64,000 nt of DNA from the NCBI GenBank assembly GCA_052168235.1, contig JBQLZK010000015.1, forward strand, positions 53,475 to 117,474. The letters are read 5' to 3'. Positions 29,495 through 40,018 of this stretch are shown one piece after another. The notes beneath the pieces are model-generated. The model saw nothing but the letters and a program-made list of their open reading frames with translations. It made no database searches and was not told where the DNA came from. A program made the position numbers and the translations under genes. The number at the start of each line of letters is the position of its first letter. Position 1 is the first letter of the stretch. The stretch comes from Thainema sp. GTDB lineage: Bacteria > Cyanobacteriota > Cyanobacteriia > Phormidesmidales > Phormidesmidaceae.

Positions 29495-32400
29495 GAGAAA
29501 CCTCCCCTACCTGTGAATTCTGTAAATCGCGATCGCAAATCATTTCGCCCATCGTTACGACAATCTTGCGGGAGCCAACAAAGGGATTACGACCGTGCGC
29601 CACGAGCATGTTATCCAGCATCAGCATGTCTTGCGCTTGCCAGGGAAACTGGACTTTAGCCTGTTCATAGACGGCATCAAGTTCAGCCAGCACTGATTCT
29701 TCAATCGGAGAACCATCCCCGTAGTAAACATTGCGCGGCAAGTTAGATTCACCGAAGAGGGAAAGCAGCGATTGCCGCACACTTGGCTCTAGGTAAGCAA
29801 TATGGTGAAGCTGGATCTGATTGAACAGTACCCAATCTCCCGTTTTGGGATGGGGCAACACAGCAGGACGAATTTGTCGCGTTCGTAATCCCTGATCGAT
29901 CCATTCCACCTGCATTTGATGACGACGACATTCTGCTTCTACCACAGTGCGATCGCAGGTTTGGAAAAAGCTCTGCCAGCTTACGTCTAGTCCGTCAGTA
30001 AAGTTACGAACATACATTAACCGCTTCTCTTGCAGGCGTTGCCGCAGGTTAGGACTAAGCAACTGATAGGCTTTACGGCAGTCAATGATTGGAGTTTCGC
30101 CCCCTTGCTGGGCAGCTTGGACACAGAAGAACCAAATCTTCATTGGCCAGCGATGAAGGTGAGAACTCTCGTTGTGGAAGCGGATGGCTTGCTCCGCTGG
30201 ATAAGGCGTTGATCCGTATACCTTACCACCCATACCTTCGCGAGGTAGATCGCCATAATCACCGAATAGAGAAGGACAGATAGCCTGAGCAACCTGCTCA
30301 AAATCGGTGGCTGACTGGAGGCCAAATCCTCGGAATAAAATCGCGCCGTGCTGTTGAAGCTGCTGCTCTAGCCAAGGACGATTATGTTCAGCCCAGTCAC
30401 TCAAATCCATTGCCTCATCTTTAGGCTGAATCACAAGCGGTAAGGATGATTCAGCGGACAGATAGCTGGTTTGAATTAACTCCTCCTCTACCCACTGAAC
30501 GGGTTTTGGTTGGACGGCTTTAAAGGACTTGATCTGCTTGAATTTACTGGATTTGCGGTGCGGTGCTGTCATAGCGTTTGAGGATATAGGTGAAAGACCA
30601 GCTAGCTCAGAAAGCGAAGCTTGAGGTTGATTCACAACCTGCTGTAAGAGTTTGATAAAGATTTGGGAGAATTGCGCCAGGGTTTCTGGCTTGAACAAAT
30701 CGCTGCGGTAGTTCCATAAACCCTGAATTCCTTGTTCTGTCTCAGTTAGGAATAAAGCTAGATCAAACTTCGCCGTACCGTTATCAACGTCTAGCGGCAC
30801 TACCTTCACATTACCCAGATCTAGGGCTGACATCGGCGCATTTTGCAGCACAAACAGCACCTGAAAGAGCGGCGTGTGATTTAACGATCTCGTAGGATTC
30901 AGAGCTTCTACTAGCTTGGCAAACGGTAAATCCTGGTAGGCATAGGCGTCTAAAGTCACGTCTCGCATGCGGCTCAGCAATTCCTGAAACGTAGGGTTGC
31001 CAGACAGATCCGTTCTAAGCACGAGGATATTCACCAAAAATCCGATCAGTGCCTCCGTTTCCGCTCGATTCCGATTCGCCACATCCGTGCCCACAACGAT
31101 GTCTTCCTGCTGCGTATAGCGATAGAGCAGAATCTGAAAAGCTGCCAAGAGTGTCATAAACAGAGAAACTCCCTGCTGCTGGCTAAACCGATTTAGCGAT
31201 CGCACGAGATCAGGAGGTAGCATAAAGGATTGCAAAGCTCCCTGATGACTCGGTTTAGCAGGCCGGGGAAAGTCGGTAGGCAATTGCAAGACGGGCAGTG
31301 GAGTTCTGAGCTGCTGCCGCCAATAGTCCAAATGCTGTTGCAGTGGTGATCGTCCAGTTGCATCAGCCGTCTGGAGCCACTGGCGCTGCCATACGGCGAA
31401 GTCGCCGTACTGAATCGGTAGTTCAGGTAAGGCAGGAGTTTTACCGTTGATTAATGCTTGATAGCACGTTGTCATTTCTTGCACCAAAACACCCATCGAC
31501 CAAGCATCTGCGATGATGTGATGGAGCGAGAACAGCAAAATATGTTTGCTCTTACCAAGGCAGAGAAGCTGTGCCCGTAGGAGCGGCCCCTGCGCTAAAT
31601 CGAAGGGTTGGCAGGCTTCTGACTGGATTAGCTGCTGGACGGTAAATGACTGTTGTTCGGGTGGCAGCTCGCTCAGATCGGTGTAGTTAATGCTGATAAA
31701 TAACTCAGATGCGATCGCCTGTACAGGAGAACCATCGACCATGACAAAGGTTGTTCGCAAACTCTCATGCCGCTGGATCACGATATTCAAGCTCTGCTCT
31801 AGGGCTAACAGGTTCAAGTCTCCCGTAAGTTCTACGGCAGTTGAGATGTTGTAGCTCGGATCGCCTGGTTGGAGCTGATCCAGTACCCACAGTCGTTCTT
31901 GGGCAAAGGATAGTGGCAGTGGCTGCATTCGGCCAGCGGGTTGAATTACCAGAGAGTTTGACTGTGCAGCGTTTAAAGGCTCCGATAACGGCTCGGCTAA
32001 AAACTCTTGCTCAATTTGTTGAGCCAGCACTGCAATGGTTGGCGCTTCAAATAAAAGTCGAATAGGAAACTCCTGTTGAAAGGCCTGCCGCAGTCGTGAA
32101 ATTACTTGGGTCGCTAATAAAGAATGCCCCCCTAGCTCAAAGAAATTGTCCTCTCTGCCAATGTGATCCAACTTCAAGACTTGTCGCCAGATAGCAGCAA
32201 TCTGTTGTTCAGACTCGGTTTGCGGCTCCGCATTGAGAGACAGTTCTGATGGCTGGCAATTAGGTTTAGGCAATGCTTTGCGATCAACCTTACCGTTGGG
32301 GGTCAGCGGCAGAGCGCCCAGAGCGACAAAAGCCGACGGTACCATATACTCTGGCAAGTGCGATCGCAGTTTCTTCTTCAGCTCCACTTGAGCTGGCTCA

Positions 32401-35400
32401 CCCGATAGCACCACATAGGCCACCAATCGCTGATCCCCTGGCTCATCTTCTCGAGCAACGACAACAGCTTCTTTGACCGCTGACAACTGCCGCAATACCG
32501 CTTCAATTTCGCCCAGCTCAATCCGATAGCCGCGCAGCTTAATCTGGTGATCCAGTCGGCCTAGATGTTCGAGTGTGCCGTCGGGGCGGTAGCGGGCGAG
32601 GTCGCCGGTTTTGTAGAGGCGTGAGGCGTGAGGGGTGAGGCGTGAGGCGTGGGGAAGTGGATGGGTGGATGGGTGGATGGGTGATGGAGGTTTGGGGGTA
32701 AATGTTGAGTGTTGAGTGTTGAGTTTTGAGTGCTGGGGGCTGAGTGTTGAGGGTTGAGGGCTGAGGGCTGAGAGGTTGGAATCAAAGGTGGCGAACGGGT
32801 TAGGGATGAAGCGCTCGGTGGTGAGGTCGGGGCGATGCCAGTAGCCACGGGCGAGTCCGGTTCCACCGATGTAGAGTTCAGCGGGAACGCCGATGGGTGC
32901 GGGCTGTAAGGACTCGTCCAGGAGATAAATCTGGGTGTTGTGAATGGGGCGACCAATGGGAATGCCGTTAGTTGTATCCGTAATGTGCTGGAGCGTAGAC
33001 CAGATGGTTGTTTCAGTCGGGCCATAGAGGTTCCATAGCGCTTGGCTACGGGTCAGTAACTGTTCGGCTAGATCGGTTGGTAATGCTTCACCTCCAGAGA
33101 GGATGGTTAGATCGGATTTACCTGACCAACCGGCATTGAGCAGCATTCGCCAGGTTGCTGGAGTAGCCTGCATGACGGTGGCCTGAGTCGTCTCTAATGC
33201 GGCAATCAACTGGAGTGCATCTTTGGTTGTGGAGTAAGGTGCGATCGCAACTTGAGCGCCCGTGACTAAAGGTAGTAAGAGTTCTAAGACGGCGATATCG
33301 AATGACAGTGTAGTGACAGCCAGCAGCCGATCCTGGGCAGTCAGATGCAGGTGGTGCTGGAGGGACAGGAGGAAGTTGACGACGGAGCGATGCTCAATCA
33401 TCACGCCTTTGGGTTTACCCGTCGAGCCAGAGGTATAGATCAGATAAGCCAGGTTAGACGCATCAACTTGAACATCAGGAGTGCTCTGAGGCTGCTGGGA
33501 TAATCGTTCTAAGGCTGTATCTAGACATAGAACCTGGGGCTGATAGGGCTGCTCCTCAACAGTTGCAAGCAACAGATCACTCAGGCTTGCTTGAGTGACG
33601 ATAAGAGCAATTTGGCTATCCTGCACCATGAAGTGCAGTCGTTCAGCGGGGAAGCTGGGATCAAGTGGCACATAGGCGGCTCCAGCCTTAAGAACAGCAA
33701 GGAGAGCAATCAGCATCAGGGGTGAACGCTCTAGACAGATGCCGACCAGCGTTTCAGAGCCAACACCCAGTGTTTGGAGGTAATGAGCTAGTTGGTTAGC
33801 CTGCTGATTCAGTTCTTGATAGGTGAGATATTGATCCTCAAATACTAAGGCTGTGGCAGCGGGAGTGCGTTTAACCTGCTGCTCGAACAGAGCATGGATG
33901 CTACAGTTGGGCAGTGGCATAGGAGTCTGATTCCACTCCACCAAGAGCTGCTGCCGTTCGGTCGGAGGTAATATAGCTAGCTCTGAGAGTCGCTGATTGG
34001 GATTCGTAACAATACTCTCTAGCAGAGTTTGGAAATGCTGCTGCAAGCGAATAATGGCTGCATCATCAATGCGATCGCAACAGTATTCCAGCATTCCAGT
34101 TAGCCCTTGCGCCGTTTCCTCCATCGCCAAGGTTAGATCAAATTTCGATGTTCCGGAATGCAGTTCAGTGACTTCTAGAGTCAGATCCGGCAGCTCCAAA
34201 TTGGCACGAGGAACATTCTGCAACGCAAACATCGCTTGAAATAGCGGCGTAGTGCTACGGTCGGGTTGAAGGCTTTCTACCAGTGCTTCAAACGGTAAAT
34301 CCGCATGGCTATAGACATCGGTTGCTGTTGCTCGTAAGCGATGGAGAAAGGCGCGGAAATTGGGGTTGCCAGACAGATTGCTCCGCAGCACCACTGGATT
34401 AATAAAACAGCCAATTAATGACTCAAGCTGGGGCTGAGAACGGCCAGCAGTAGGAGTGCCAACGCAGATATCAGTTTGACCACTGTAGCGATAGAGCAAC
34501 ACCTGGAACGCTGCTAGCAAGGTCATAAATAGGGTGACGCCCTCTTGCTGACTAAATTGCTGGAGTTGAGCGGTTAGTTTAGCCGATAGGCTAAATGTTT
34601 GAAGACGACCTAAATTTGCTTGAGGACGTTGAGCAGACTGGTTTATCGGCAGTTGCAGAATGGGCAAAGAATCTCCTAACTGCTGCCGCCAATAGGCTAG
34701 ATGAGCTTGAAATTCTGGGCTAGCCGCTTGTTGCTGCTGCCAAACCGCAAAATCTTTGTATTGAATAGATAATTCTCGCAGAGGAGACGGCTTACCTGCT
34801 AAAAAAGCTTGATACAGCGTCGCTACCTCTTGAATCAGCAGCCCCTTCGACCAACCATCACTGACAATATGATGCAGAACCACCAGCAGCAGGTGATCAT
34901 CGGCAGCTAGCCGCAGGAGCAGCATACGGACTGGAGCATCTTGACTGAGATCAAACGTATGTTTAGCGATCGCATCTGAGTAACGCTGGATCTCGGACTG
35001 TTGTACCTCCGTTGACAAGCTCTGCAAATCGATGAGCGGCAAGGTCACGGGTTGCCACAGCATGATTGCCTGTCGTGGCTCGCCCTCCACAGTGATGAAT
35101 CGACTGCGGAGAATGGTGTGTCGTTGCCGGACGGTATTTAAACTACGCTCTAAAATATCTGTCTGTAACTGACCACGTAGTCGAACCGCCGCCGCTAGAT
35201 TGTAGAGAGGGCTTTGGGGATCAAGCTGATGCAGAAACCAGAGCCGTTGCTGAGCAAACGAGAGCGGATAGGTGGTATCGGCTGCTACAACCGGAATCGA
35301 TGAGGGCGTAATATCCTGAGATTGTCGCTGTTTCAGCTTTTGTTCTAGCAGCGATCGCTGAGCTGGAGAGAGGGCGGCAATACGTTTAGACAGATCGTTC

Positions 35401-35402
35401 AT
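29478..35402 (-). CDS. NRPS C-A(Gly)-T-C with C-terminally fused TauD-type beta-hydroxylase
   Basis: HHIVSDGWS C, A code DILQLGLIWK (Gly), GGHSL T, HHIIADAWS C, then C-terminal FHNESS..LFNQIQLHH..LDNMLVAHGR dioxygenase. Confidence 0.92.
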   Translation of the reverse strand: MNDLSKRIAALSPAQRSLLEQKLKQRQSQDITPSSIPVVAADTTYPLSFAQQRLWFLHQLDPQSPLYNLAAAVRLRGQLQTDILERSLNTVRQRHTILRSRFITVEGEPRQAIMLWQPVTLPLIDLQSLSTEVQQSEIQRYSDAIAKHTFDLSQDAPVRMLLLRLAADDHLLLVVLHHIVSDGWSKGLLIQEVATLYQAFLAGKPSPLRELSIQYKDFAVWQQQQAASPEFQAHLAYWRQQLGDSLPILQLPINQSAQRPQANLGRLQTFSLSAKLTAQLQQFSQQEGVTLFMTLLAAFQVLLYRYSGQTDICVGTPTAGRSQPQLESLIGCFINPVVLRSNLSGNPNFRAFLHRLRATATDVYSHADLPFEALVESLQPDRSTTPLFQAMFALQNVPRANLELPDLTLEVTELHSGTSKFDLTLAMEETAQGLTGMLEYCCDRIDDAAIIRLQQHFQTLLESIVTNPNQRLSELAILPPTERQQLLVEWNQTPMPLPNCSIHALFEQQVKRTPAATALVFEDQYLTYQELNQQANQLAHYLQTLGVGSETLVGICLERSPLMLIALLAVLKAGAAYVPLDPSFPAERLHFMVQDSQIALIVTQASLSDLLLATVEEQPYQPQVLCLDTALERLSQQPQSTPDVQVDASNLAYLIYTSGSTGKPKGVMIEHRSVVNFLLSLQHHLHLTAQDRLLAVTTLSFDIAVLELLLPLVTGAQVAIAPYSTTKDALQLIAALETTQATVMQATPATWRMLLNAGWSGKSDLTILSGGEALPTDLAEQLLTRSQALWNLYGPTETTIWSTLQHITDTTNGIPIGRPIHNTQIYLLDESLQPAPIGVPAELYIGGTGLARGYWHRPDLTTERFIPNPFATFDSNLSALSPQPSTLSPQHSKLNTQHSTFTPKPPSPIHPSTHPLPHASRLTPHASRLYKTGDLARYRPDGTLEHLGRLDHQIKLRGYRIELGEIEAVLRQLSAVKEAVVVAREDEPGDQRLVAYVVLSGEPAQVELKKKLRSHLPEYMVPSAFVALGALPLTPNGKVDRKALPKPNCQPSELSLNAEPQTESEQQIAAIWRQVLKLDHIGREDNFFELGGHSLLATQVISRLRQAFQQEFPIRLLFEAPTIAVLAQQIEQEFLAEPLSEPLNAAQSNSLVIQPAGRMQPLPLSFAQERLWVLDQLQPGDPSYNISTAVELTGDLNLLALEQSLNIVIQRHESLRTTFVMVDGSPVQAIASELFISINYTDLSELPPEQQSFTVQQLIQSEACQPFDLAQGPLLRAQLLCLGKSKHILLFSLHHIIADAWSMGVLVQEMTTCYQALINGKTPALPELPIQYGDFAVWQRQWLQTADATGRSPLQQHLDYWRQQLRTPLPVLQLPTDFPRPAKPSHQGALQSFMLPPDLVRSLNRFSQQQGVSLFMTLLAAFQILLYRYTQQEDIVVGTDVANRNRAETEALIGFLVNILVLRTDLSGNPTFQELLSRMRDVTLDAYAYQDLPFAKLVEALNPTRSLNHTPLFQVLFVLQNAPMSALDLGNVKVVPLDVDNGTAKFDLALFLTETEQGIQGLWNYRSDLFKPETLAQFSQIFIKLLQQVVNQPQASLSELAGLSPISSNAMTAPHRKSSKFKQIKSFKAVQPKPVQWVEEELIQTSYLSAESSLPLVIQPKDEAMDLSDWAEHNRPWLEQQLQQHGAILFRGFGLQSATDFEQVAQAICPSLFGDYGDLPREGMGGKVYGSTPYPAEQAIRFHNESSHLHRWPMKIWFFCVQAAQQGGETPIIDCRKAYQLLSPNLRQRLQEKRLMYVRNFTDGLDVSWQSFFQTCDRTVVEAECRRHQMQVEWIDQGLRTRQIRPAVLPHPKTGDWVLFNQIQLHHIAYLEPSVRQSLLSLFGESNLPRNVYYGDGSPIEESVLAELDAVYEQAKVQFPWQAQDMLMLDNMLVAHGRNPFVGSRKIVVTMGEMICDRDLQNSQVGEVSHAATR

Positions 35403-38400
35403 GACTTTGCTAACAGTGCTTCAAGGTCTTCGGGAGACAGTCCCTCAAGGTCGTCTAAGATGTCTTGAACAGCATCCAGATCATCAGATGGCGACTGACT
35501 GGAATAATCGGTTGGAGATAGTTGATCTGCGATCGCAGTTGCTAAACCCGCAATCGTTGGTTGCTCAATTAACAGGATTCGCAGGGGCAGCTCAACCTGA
35601 AAAGCTTCCCGAATCCGAGACATCACCTGTACTGCTAACAGGGAATGACCACCGAGTTCAAAAAATGATGTGTGGATGCCGATAGTATCAATGCCGAGTA
35701 AGTCCTGCCAAATCGTTGCAACGGTTTTCTCAATTGCATTACGGGGTTGATCACCAGCTACACCATCCTCAGGAGAACCCCCAGCAGAGGCTTCAGTAGA
35801 GGCCGTGGGCGCTGATATACTCCGGCAGGCTTGCTGCTGAATGCGAGTAGCTAAGCTCGTCGTGGAGACCACAACTTGAGGGATGTTCCGTAGGGTGAGA
35901 ATTCGCTTGAATGTCTCAATTCCTTCATCAGGTGATAGCGTTGCTGTGGCTGTCAGCTCTTGAGCCGAACCCCCACTATGCTGCCAGAAGCGCCAACCTT
36001 CCCAATTCACACTGATCCAGGGAGTTGGCTGAAGCTGGTTGAGGGCTGGAACGAGAGCATCCATAAACCAATTGGCGGCAGCATGGGCAATAAAACCGCC
36101 CAGTTGAGACGCAATGGAAGACTGAACTACGCAAAAATCGAGATACTTGGGAGCTAGAACCTCAGCTAAAACCTGTAATCCTTTGATTTTCGGCGCAAAC
36201 TGCCACTCACTTTCCCGCCGTCCCGTTTGCCGAATCGGTCGAAAGGAAGCTTCTGCCGTCGTTTCTGCCGTATGCAGCACACCATGCAGGCTGCCCCAAC
36301 GGGCTTCAACTTGGGCAATGGCCGATTGCATTTGCTTTAAATGGCTAATGTCAGCCGTACAGACCAAAACTTCGGCTCCTAGCGATTCCAAATGCTTAAT
36401 ATGACGGATTTTGCGGCAAATAGGATGGGATTCGGGTTGGGCTACAAGCCATTGAGACCATTCAGCCCGAGGAGGCAGCGCTTCAAATTCAATAAATGCT
36501 AGTTTCGCCTGTACGGCTTGAGCTAGGTATTCTGCCAGCGCTGCGCCAATGCCAGCCAAACCGCCTGTGATTAAGTAAACACCTTGCGATCGCAACTGAC
36601 TTAATGGCTGCTCAGATGCCGGAACTTGCAGTGGCTCAAAGGTTTGAACCCATCGATGCTGACTGCGGTAGGCAATAACGCGGTCGGCGGTGGGATGCAT
36701 TAGCTCAGCCTGTAGGCAGGACACGATGCGGTTAGTTAGGTCAGTGGTGAGAATTTCTGGAACAGCGATGTCTAAGCTGCGGCATTGAATCGTGGGGCAT
36801 TCTTGAGCGATCACGGCATGGGTTCCCACAACCGTGGCTTGCTCAGGACGCAGCAGTTCAGCCCCTGTTACATCATGTACCTGATTAGTCAGAAGCCACA
36901 GCGTCAGAGGTCTTGAGGGTTCAGCCTGCTGAATTGCCTGAGCTAAGTACAGCACACTGTAGAAGCCCAGATCCTGAGCTGCATTAAACCGATCGATGTC
37001 AAATTGGTTAAAACCAAATGCCGCAGAGGATGCGGAAAGGCTCCAACCGTGAGCAATCACATCAGGAAACTGTCCGGCTTGGATCAGCGATCGCACCAGT
37101 AGCTGATAGTCCTCTGGCTGGCATGGATCGAGCCAGTAGCGGTTGTCCTGCTGCTGAAACTGCGTTCCAACCTGCACCGAAATAATCGTTTGATTCATTG
37201 CGCTGAGCCGCCGCGCCAGCCGTTCACCGATCCCTCGCTCATCCAAAAATAACAACCAGATTTGGCGCGAGGAGTCAGACGTTAGTGCATAGGGAATGTG
37301 CGATCGCACCCAGGTTGGTAAGTAGAACCACTGATCGATAGGTGCCCGGAGTTCCGGTGCTGCCGTGGATCTGATTGGCATAGAAGCAGGCTCAATCCAA
37401 TACCGCTGTCGTTCAAAGGGATAACTGGGCAGCAGCACCCGCTGTCGCTGCTCGTGGACATAGAACGTTGACCAGTCAACAGTTACACCCGCTAACCAAA
37501 GCTGGCCCATTGCGCGGAGCAAAAACGCTGTATCAGAGACGGAATCCTGGGGATGGCGCAGTGATGAGAGGATTTGAGTGTCACCTAAAGGCTGCTGTCG
37601 TGCCAGTGTTGCCAAGGTATGCCCAGGCCCCACTTCCAACAAGATACTGGGTTGTTGATGCAGCAGCTCACTCATACCTTGACTGAACTGTACAGGCTGC
37701 CGCAGGTGATTGACCCAGTAGTCTGAACTAGTGGCTTCCTCTGCTGTCAACCAAGTGCCCGTAATGTTTGAAATCAGGGGAATTTGCGGTGGATGCAGCC
37801 TCACTTGGCTGACAGCGCTGCGAAATGGTTCCAAAGCCCCGTCCATCAACGGAGAGTGGAACGCATGGGACGTTTTTAGCCGACGGCAGAAAATGCCATC
37901 CTGCTCTAAGCGTGTTTGCAAAGCTGCGATCGCAGTTGCAGTTCCGGAGACGACGCAAAGCTGCGGCGCATTGTTGGCGGCCAACCAAAGTTCATCACCT
38001 AAATAGGGCTGAATCTGATCGGCGGATAGGGCAACCGACAGCATTTGTCCCGCTGGCATCTGCTGCATCAGTTGTCCGCGTACGGCGACCAAGTGCAAAG
38101 CATCCGATAAAGAAAAGACACCTGCCAAACAGGCAGCAACATATTCCCCTAGGCTGTGACCCAGAAGCGCCTGGGGTTGAATTCCCCACTTGATCCAGAG
38201 CTGAGCTAAGGCGTACTCTACGACGAACAACGCCAGTTGGGCAGTTGCCGTTGCTTGTAGCTGTACCTGTGCAGATTCAAGCTGATCAGGATGCGGGTAG
38301 ATCTGCGATCGCAAATCCCAGTCGAGCTGTGATTTCAGAAGTTCCGAGCAGTGGTCAATGATTTGTCGGAAGTCTGGTTCGGTTTCATAAAGCTCCTGCG

Positions 38401-40018
38401 CCATCTGAACGTACTGCGTACCCTGGCCTGGGAACAGAAAGGCCACCGTTGGCTGCTCCTCAGCTTGGGCAGTTGGCTCCAATCGGCTAGCCTGCAGAGC
38501 CGCGATCGCGTCGCCGCGATTTTGACACACCACCATCCGTCGATGGGCAAAATCGACCCGTCCTACTTGCAGCGTATAAGCGACATCTGCCAAGTTGATA
38601 TCTGGTTGGGATTCAAGATGCTGCGCTAAATTATGAGCTGCCTGCTCCAATGCCTGGGCAGTCTTGGCCGATAGCATCAGCACCTGCCAGGATCGAGATG
38701 AATGAGATGAATTGGATTGAGATCGCACAGGTGCTTCTTCCAGCACCACATGGGCATTAGTGCCGCCGATACCCATGGCGCTCACCCCAGCTCGACGCGG
38801 TGCTGTCGCCTGCCAGTCTTGCAGTTGGGTATTAACGTAAAACGGGCTATTGACAAAGTCAATCTGGGGATTGGGTTGCTCGAAATGCAGACTAGGTGGA
38901 AGTTGGCGGTGATGGAGTGCCAGAACGGTTTTAATCAGTCCAGCAATCCCAGCCGCCGCATCTAAATGACCAATGTTGGATTTAACTGAACCAATGGCGC
39001 AAAACTGACGCTGTGAGGTGTTAAATGCTTGAGTCAAGGCTGCAATCTCAATCGGGTCGCCTAGAGCAGTGCCAGTACCGTGAGCCTCAATATAGGAAAG
39101 GGTTTCTGGCTCCACCTCGGCTAAAGCTAATGCTTCTGCGATCGCAGCTGCCTGTCCATCTACACTGGGCGCAGTGTAGCCCACTTTATCAGCTCCATCG
39201 TTATTGATGGCTGCACCACGAATCACAGCATAAATAAGATCTCGATCTGCGATCGCATCGTCTAAGCGCTTGAGAACGACTATGCCAACGCCATTGCCGC
39301 CGACCGTGCCCTGAGCTTGAGCATCGAAGGCGCGACAGTGGCCATCGGGTGAGAAAATGCCGCCAGCCTGATAGCGATAGCCTGCAGTTTGGGGCGTATG
39401 AATCGAAACGCCCCCAGCCAGTGCCATATCACACTGATACGTGAGAAGACTTTGGCAGGCTAGAGCTGTTGCTACCAGAGAGGTTGAGCAGGCTGTCTGC
39501 ACTGTCAAACTCGGACCTTTCAAATTTAACTTGTAGGAAACGCGGCTGCTGAGAAAATCTTTGTCGTTACCCAAAAGGGTTTGGTAGTTCCCCACAGTTG
39601 CCGTCAAATCAGGCCGAGCCTGTAAAACCTGCCAGTAGTCATTGCTGCTAACGCCAGCGTAGACCCCAACGCGATCGCGGCACTGGGTCGGTGCATAGCC
39701 TGCGCGTTCCAGAGCTTCCCAAGCACATTCTAGAAAAACGCGCTGCTGCGGATCCATTAAGGTAGCTTCCTTAGGGCTATAGCCGAAAAAGGCAGCATCG
39801 AAGCAATCAACATCTTCCAGAGGCGCTCCAGCCTTAACATAGTTTGGATCACGCAGACAGGCTGGATCAACGCCAGCAGTTAGCACCTCTGCATCGGTAA
39901 ACGTGCAGACGGATTCAATCCCAGCCGCAAGATTGTGCCAAAACTGTTCCACGCTGCCCGCTCCAGGAAAGCGCCCGGCCAAGCTGATGATGGCAATATC
40001 ATCGGGTCGATTAGTCAT
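35399..40018 (-). CDS. Type I PKS module KS-AT(malonyl)-KR(probably inactive)-ACP
   Basis: KS TACSTS/HGTGT/IGHL. AT GHSLG and HAFH (malonyl). KR ITGGLAGIG but AHAAAN where YAAAN is expected. ACP GGHSL. Confidence 0.92.
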   Translation of the reverse strand: MTNRPDDIAIISLAGRFPGAGSVEQFWHNLAAGIESVCTFTDAEVLTAGVDPACLRDPNYVKAGAPLEDVDCFDAAFFGYSPKEATLMDPQQRVFLECAWEALERAGYAPTQCRDRVGVYAGVSSNDYWQVLQARPDLTATVGNYQTLLGNDKDFLSSRVSYKLNLKGPSLTVQTACSTSLVATALACQSLLTYQCDMALAGGVSIHTPQTAGYRYQAGGIFSPDGHCRAFDAQAQGTVGGNGVGIVVLKRLDDAIADRDLIYAVIRGAAINNDGADKVGYTAPSVDGQAAAIAEALALAEVEPETLSYIEAHGTGTALGDPIEIAALTQAFNTSQRQFCAIGSVKSNIGHLDAAAGIAGLIKTVLALHHRQLPPSLHFEQPNPQIDFVNSPFYVNTQLQDWQATAPRRAGVSAMGIGGTNAHVVLEEAPVRSQSNSSHSSRSWQVLMLSAKTAQALEQAAHNLAQHLESQPDINLADVAYTLQVGRVDFAHRRMVVCQNRGDAIAALQASRLEPTAQAEEQPTVAFLFPGQGTQYVQMAQELYETEPDFRQIIDHCSELLKSQLDWDLRSQIYPHPDQLESAQVQLQATATAQLALFVVEYALAQLWIKWGIQPQALLGHSLGEYVAACLAGVFSLSDALHLVAVRGQLMQQMPAGQMLSVALSADQIQPYLGDELWLAANNAPQLCVVSGTATAIAALQTRLEQDGIFCRRLKTSHAFHSPLMDGALEPFRSAVSQVRLHPPQIPLISNITGTWLTAEEATSSDYWVNHLRQPVQFSQGMSELLHQQPSILLEVGPGHTLATLARQQPLGDTQILSSLRHPQDSVSDTAFLLRAMGQLWLAGVTVDWSTFYVHEQRQRVLLPSYPFERQRYWIEPASMPIRSTAAPELRAPIDQWFYLPTWVRSHIPYALTSDSSRQIWLLFLDERGIGERLARRLSAMNQTIISVQVGTQFQQQDNRYWLDPCQPEDYQLLVRSLIQAGQFPDVIAHGWSLSASSAAFGFNQFDIDRFNAAQDLGFYSVLYLAQAIQQAEPSRPLTLWLLTNQVHDVTGAELLRPEQATVVGTHAVIAQECPTIQCRSLDIAVPEILTTDLTNRIVSCLQAELMHPTADRVIAYRSQHRWVQTFEPLQVPASEQPLSQLRSQGVYLITGGLAGIGAALAEYLAQAVQAKLAFIEFEALPPRAEWSQWLVAQPESHPICRKIRHIKHLESLGAEVLVCTADISHLKQMQSAIAQVEARWGSLHGVLHTAETTAEASFRPIRQTGRRESEWQFAPKIKGLQVLAEVLAPKYLDFCVVQSSIASQLGGFIAHAAANWFMDALVPALNQLQPTPWISVNWEGWRFWQHSGGSAQELTATATLSPDEGIETFKRILTLRNIPQVVVSTTSLATRIQQQACRSISAPTASTEASAGGSPEDGVAGDQPRNAIEKTVATIWQDLLGIDTIGIHTSFFELGGHSLLAVQVMSRIREAFQVELPLRILLIEQPTIAGLATAIADQLSPTDYSSQSPSDDLDAVQDILDDLEGLSPEDLEALLAKS

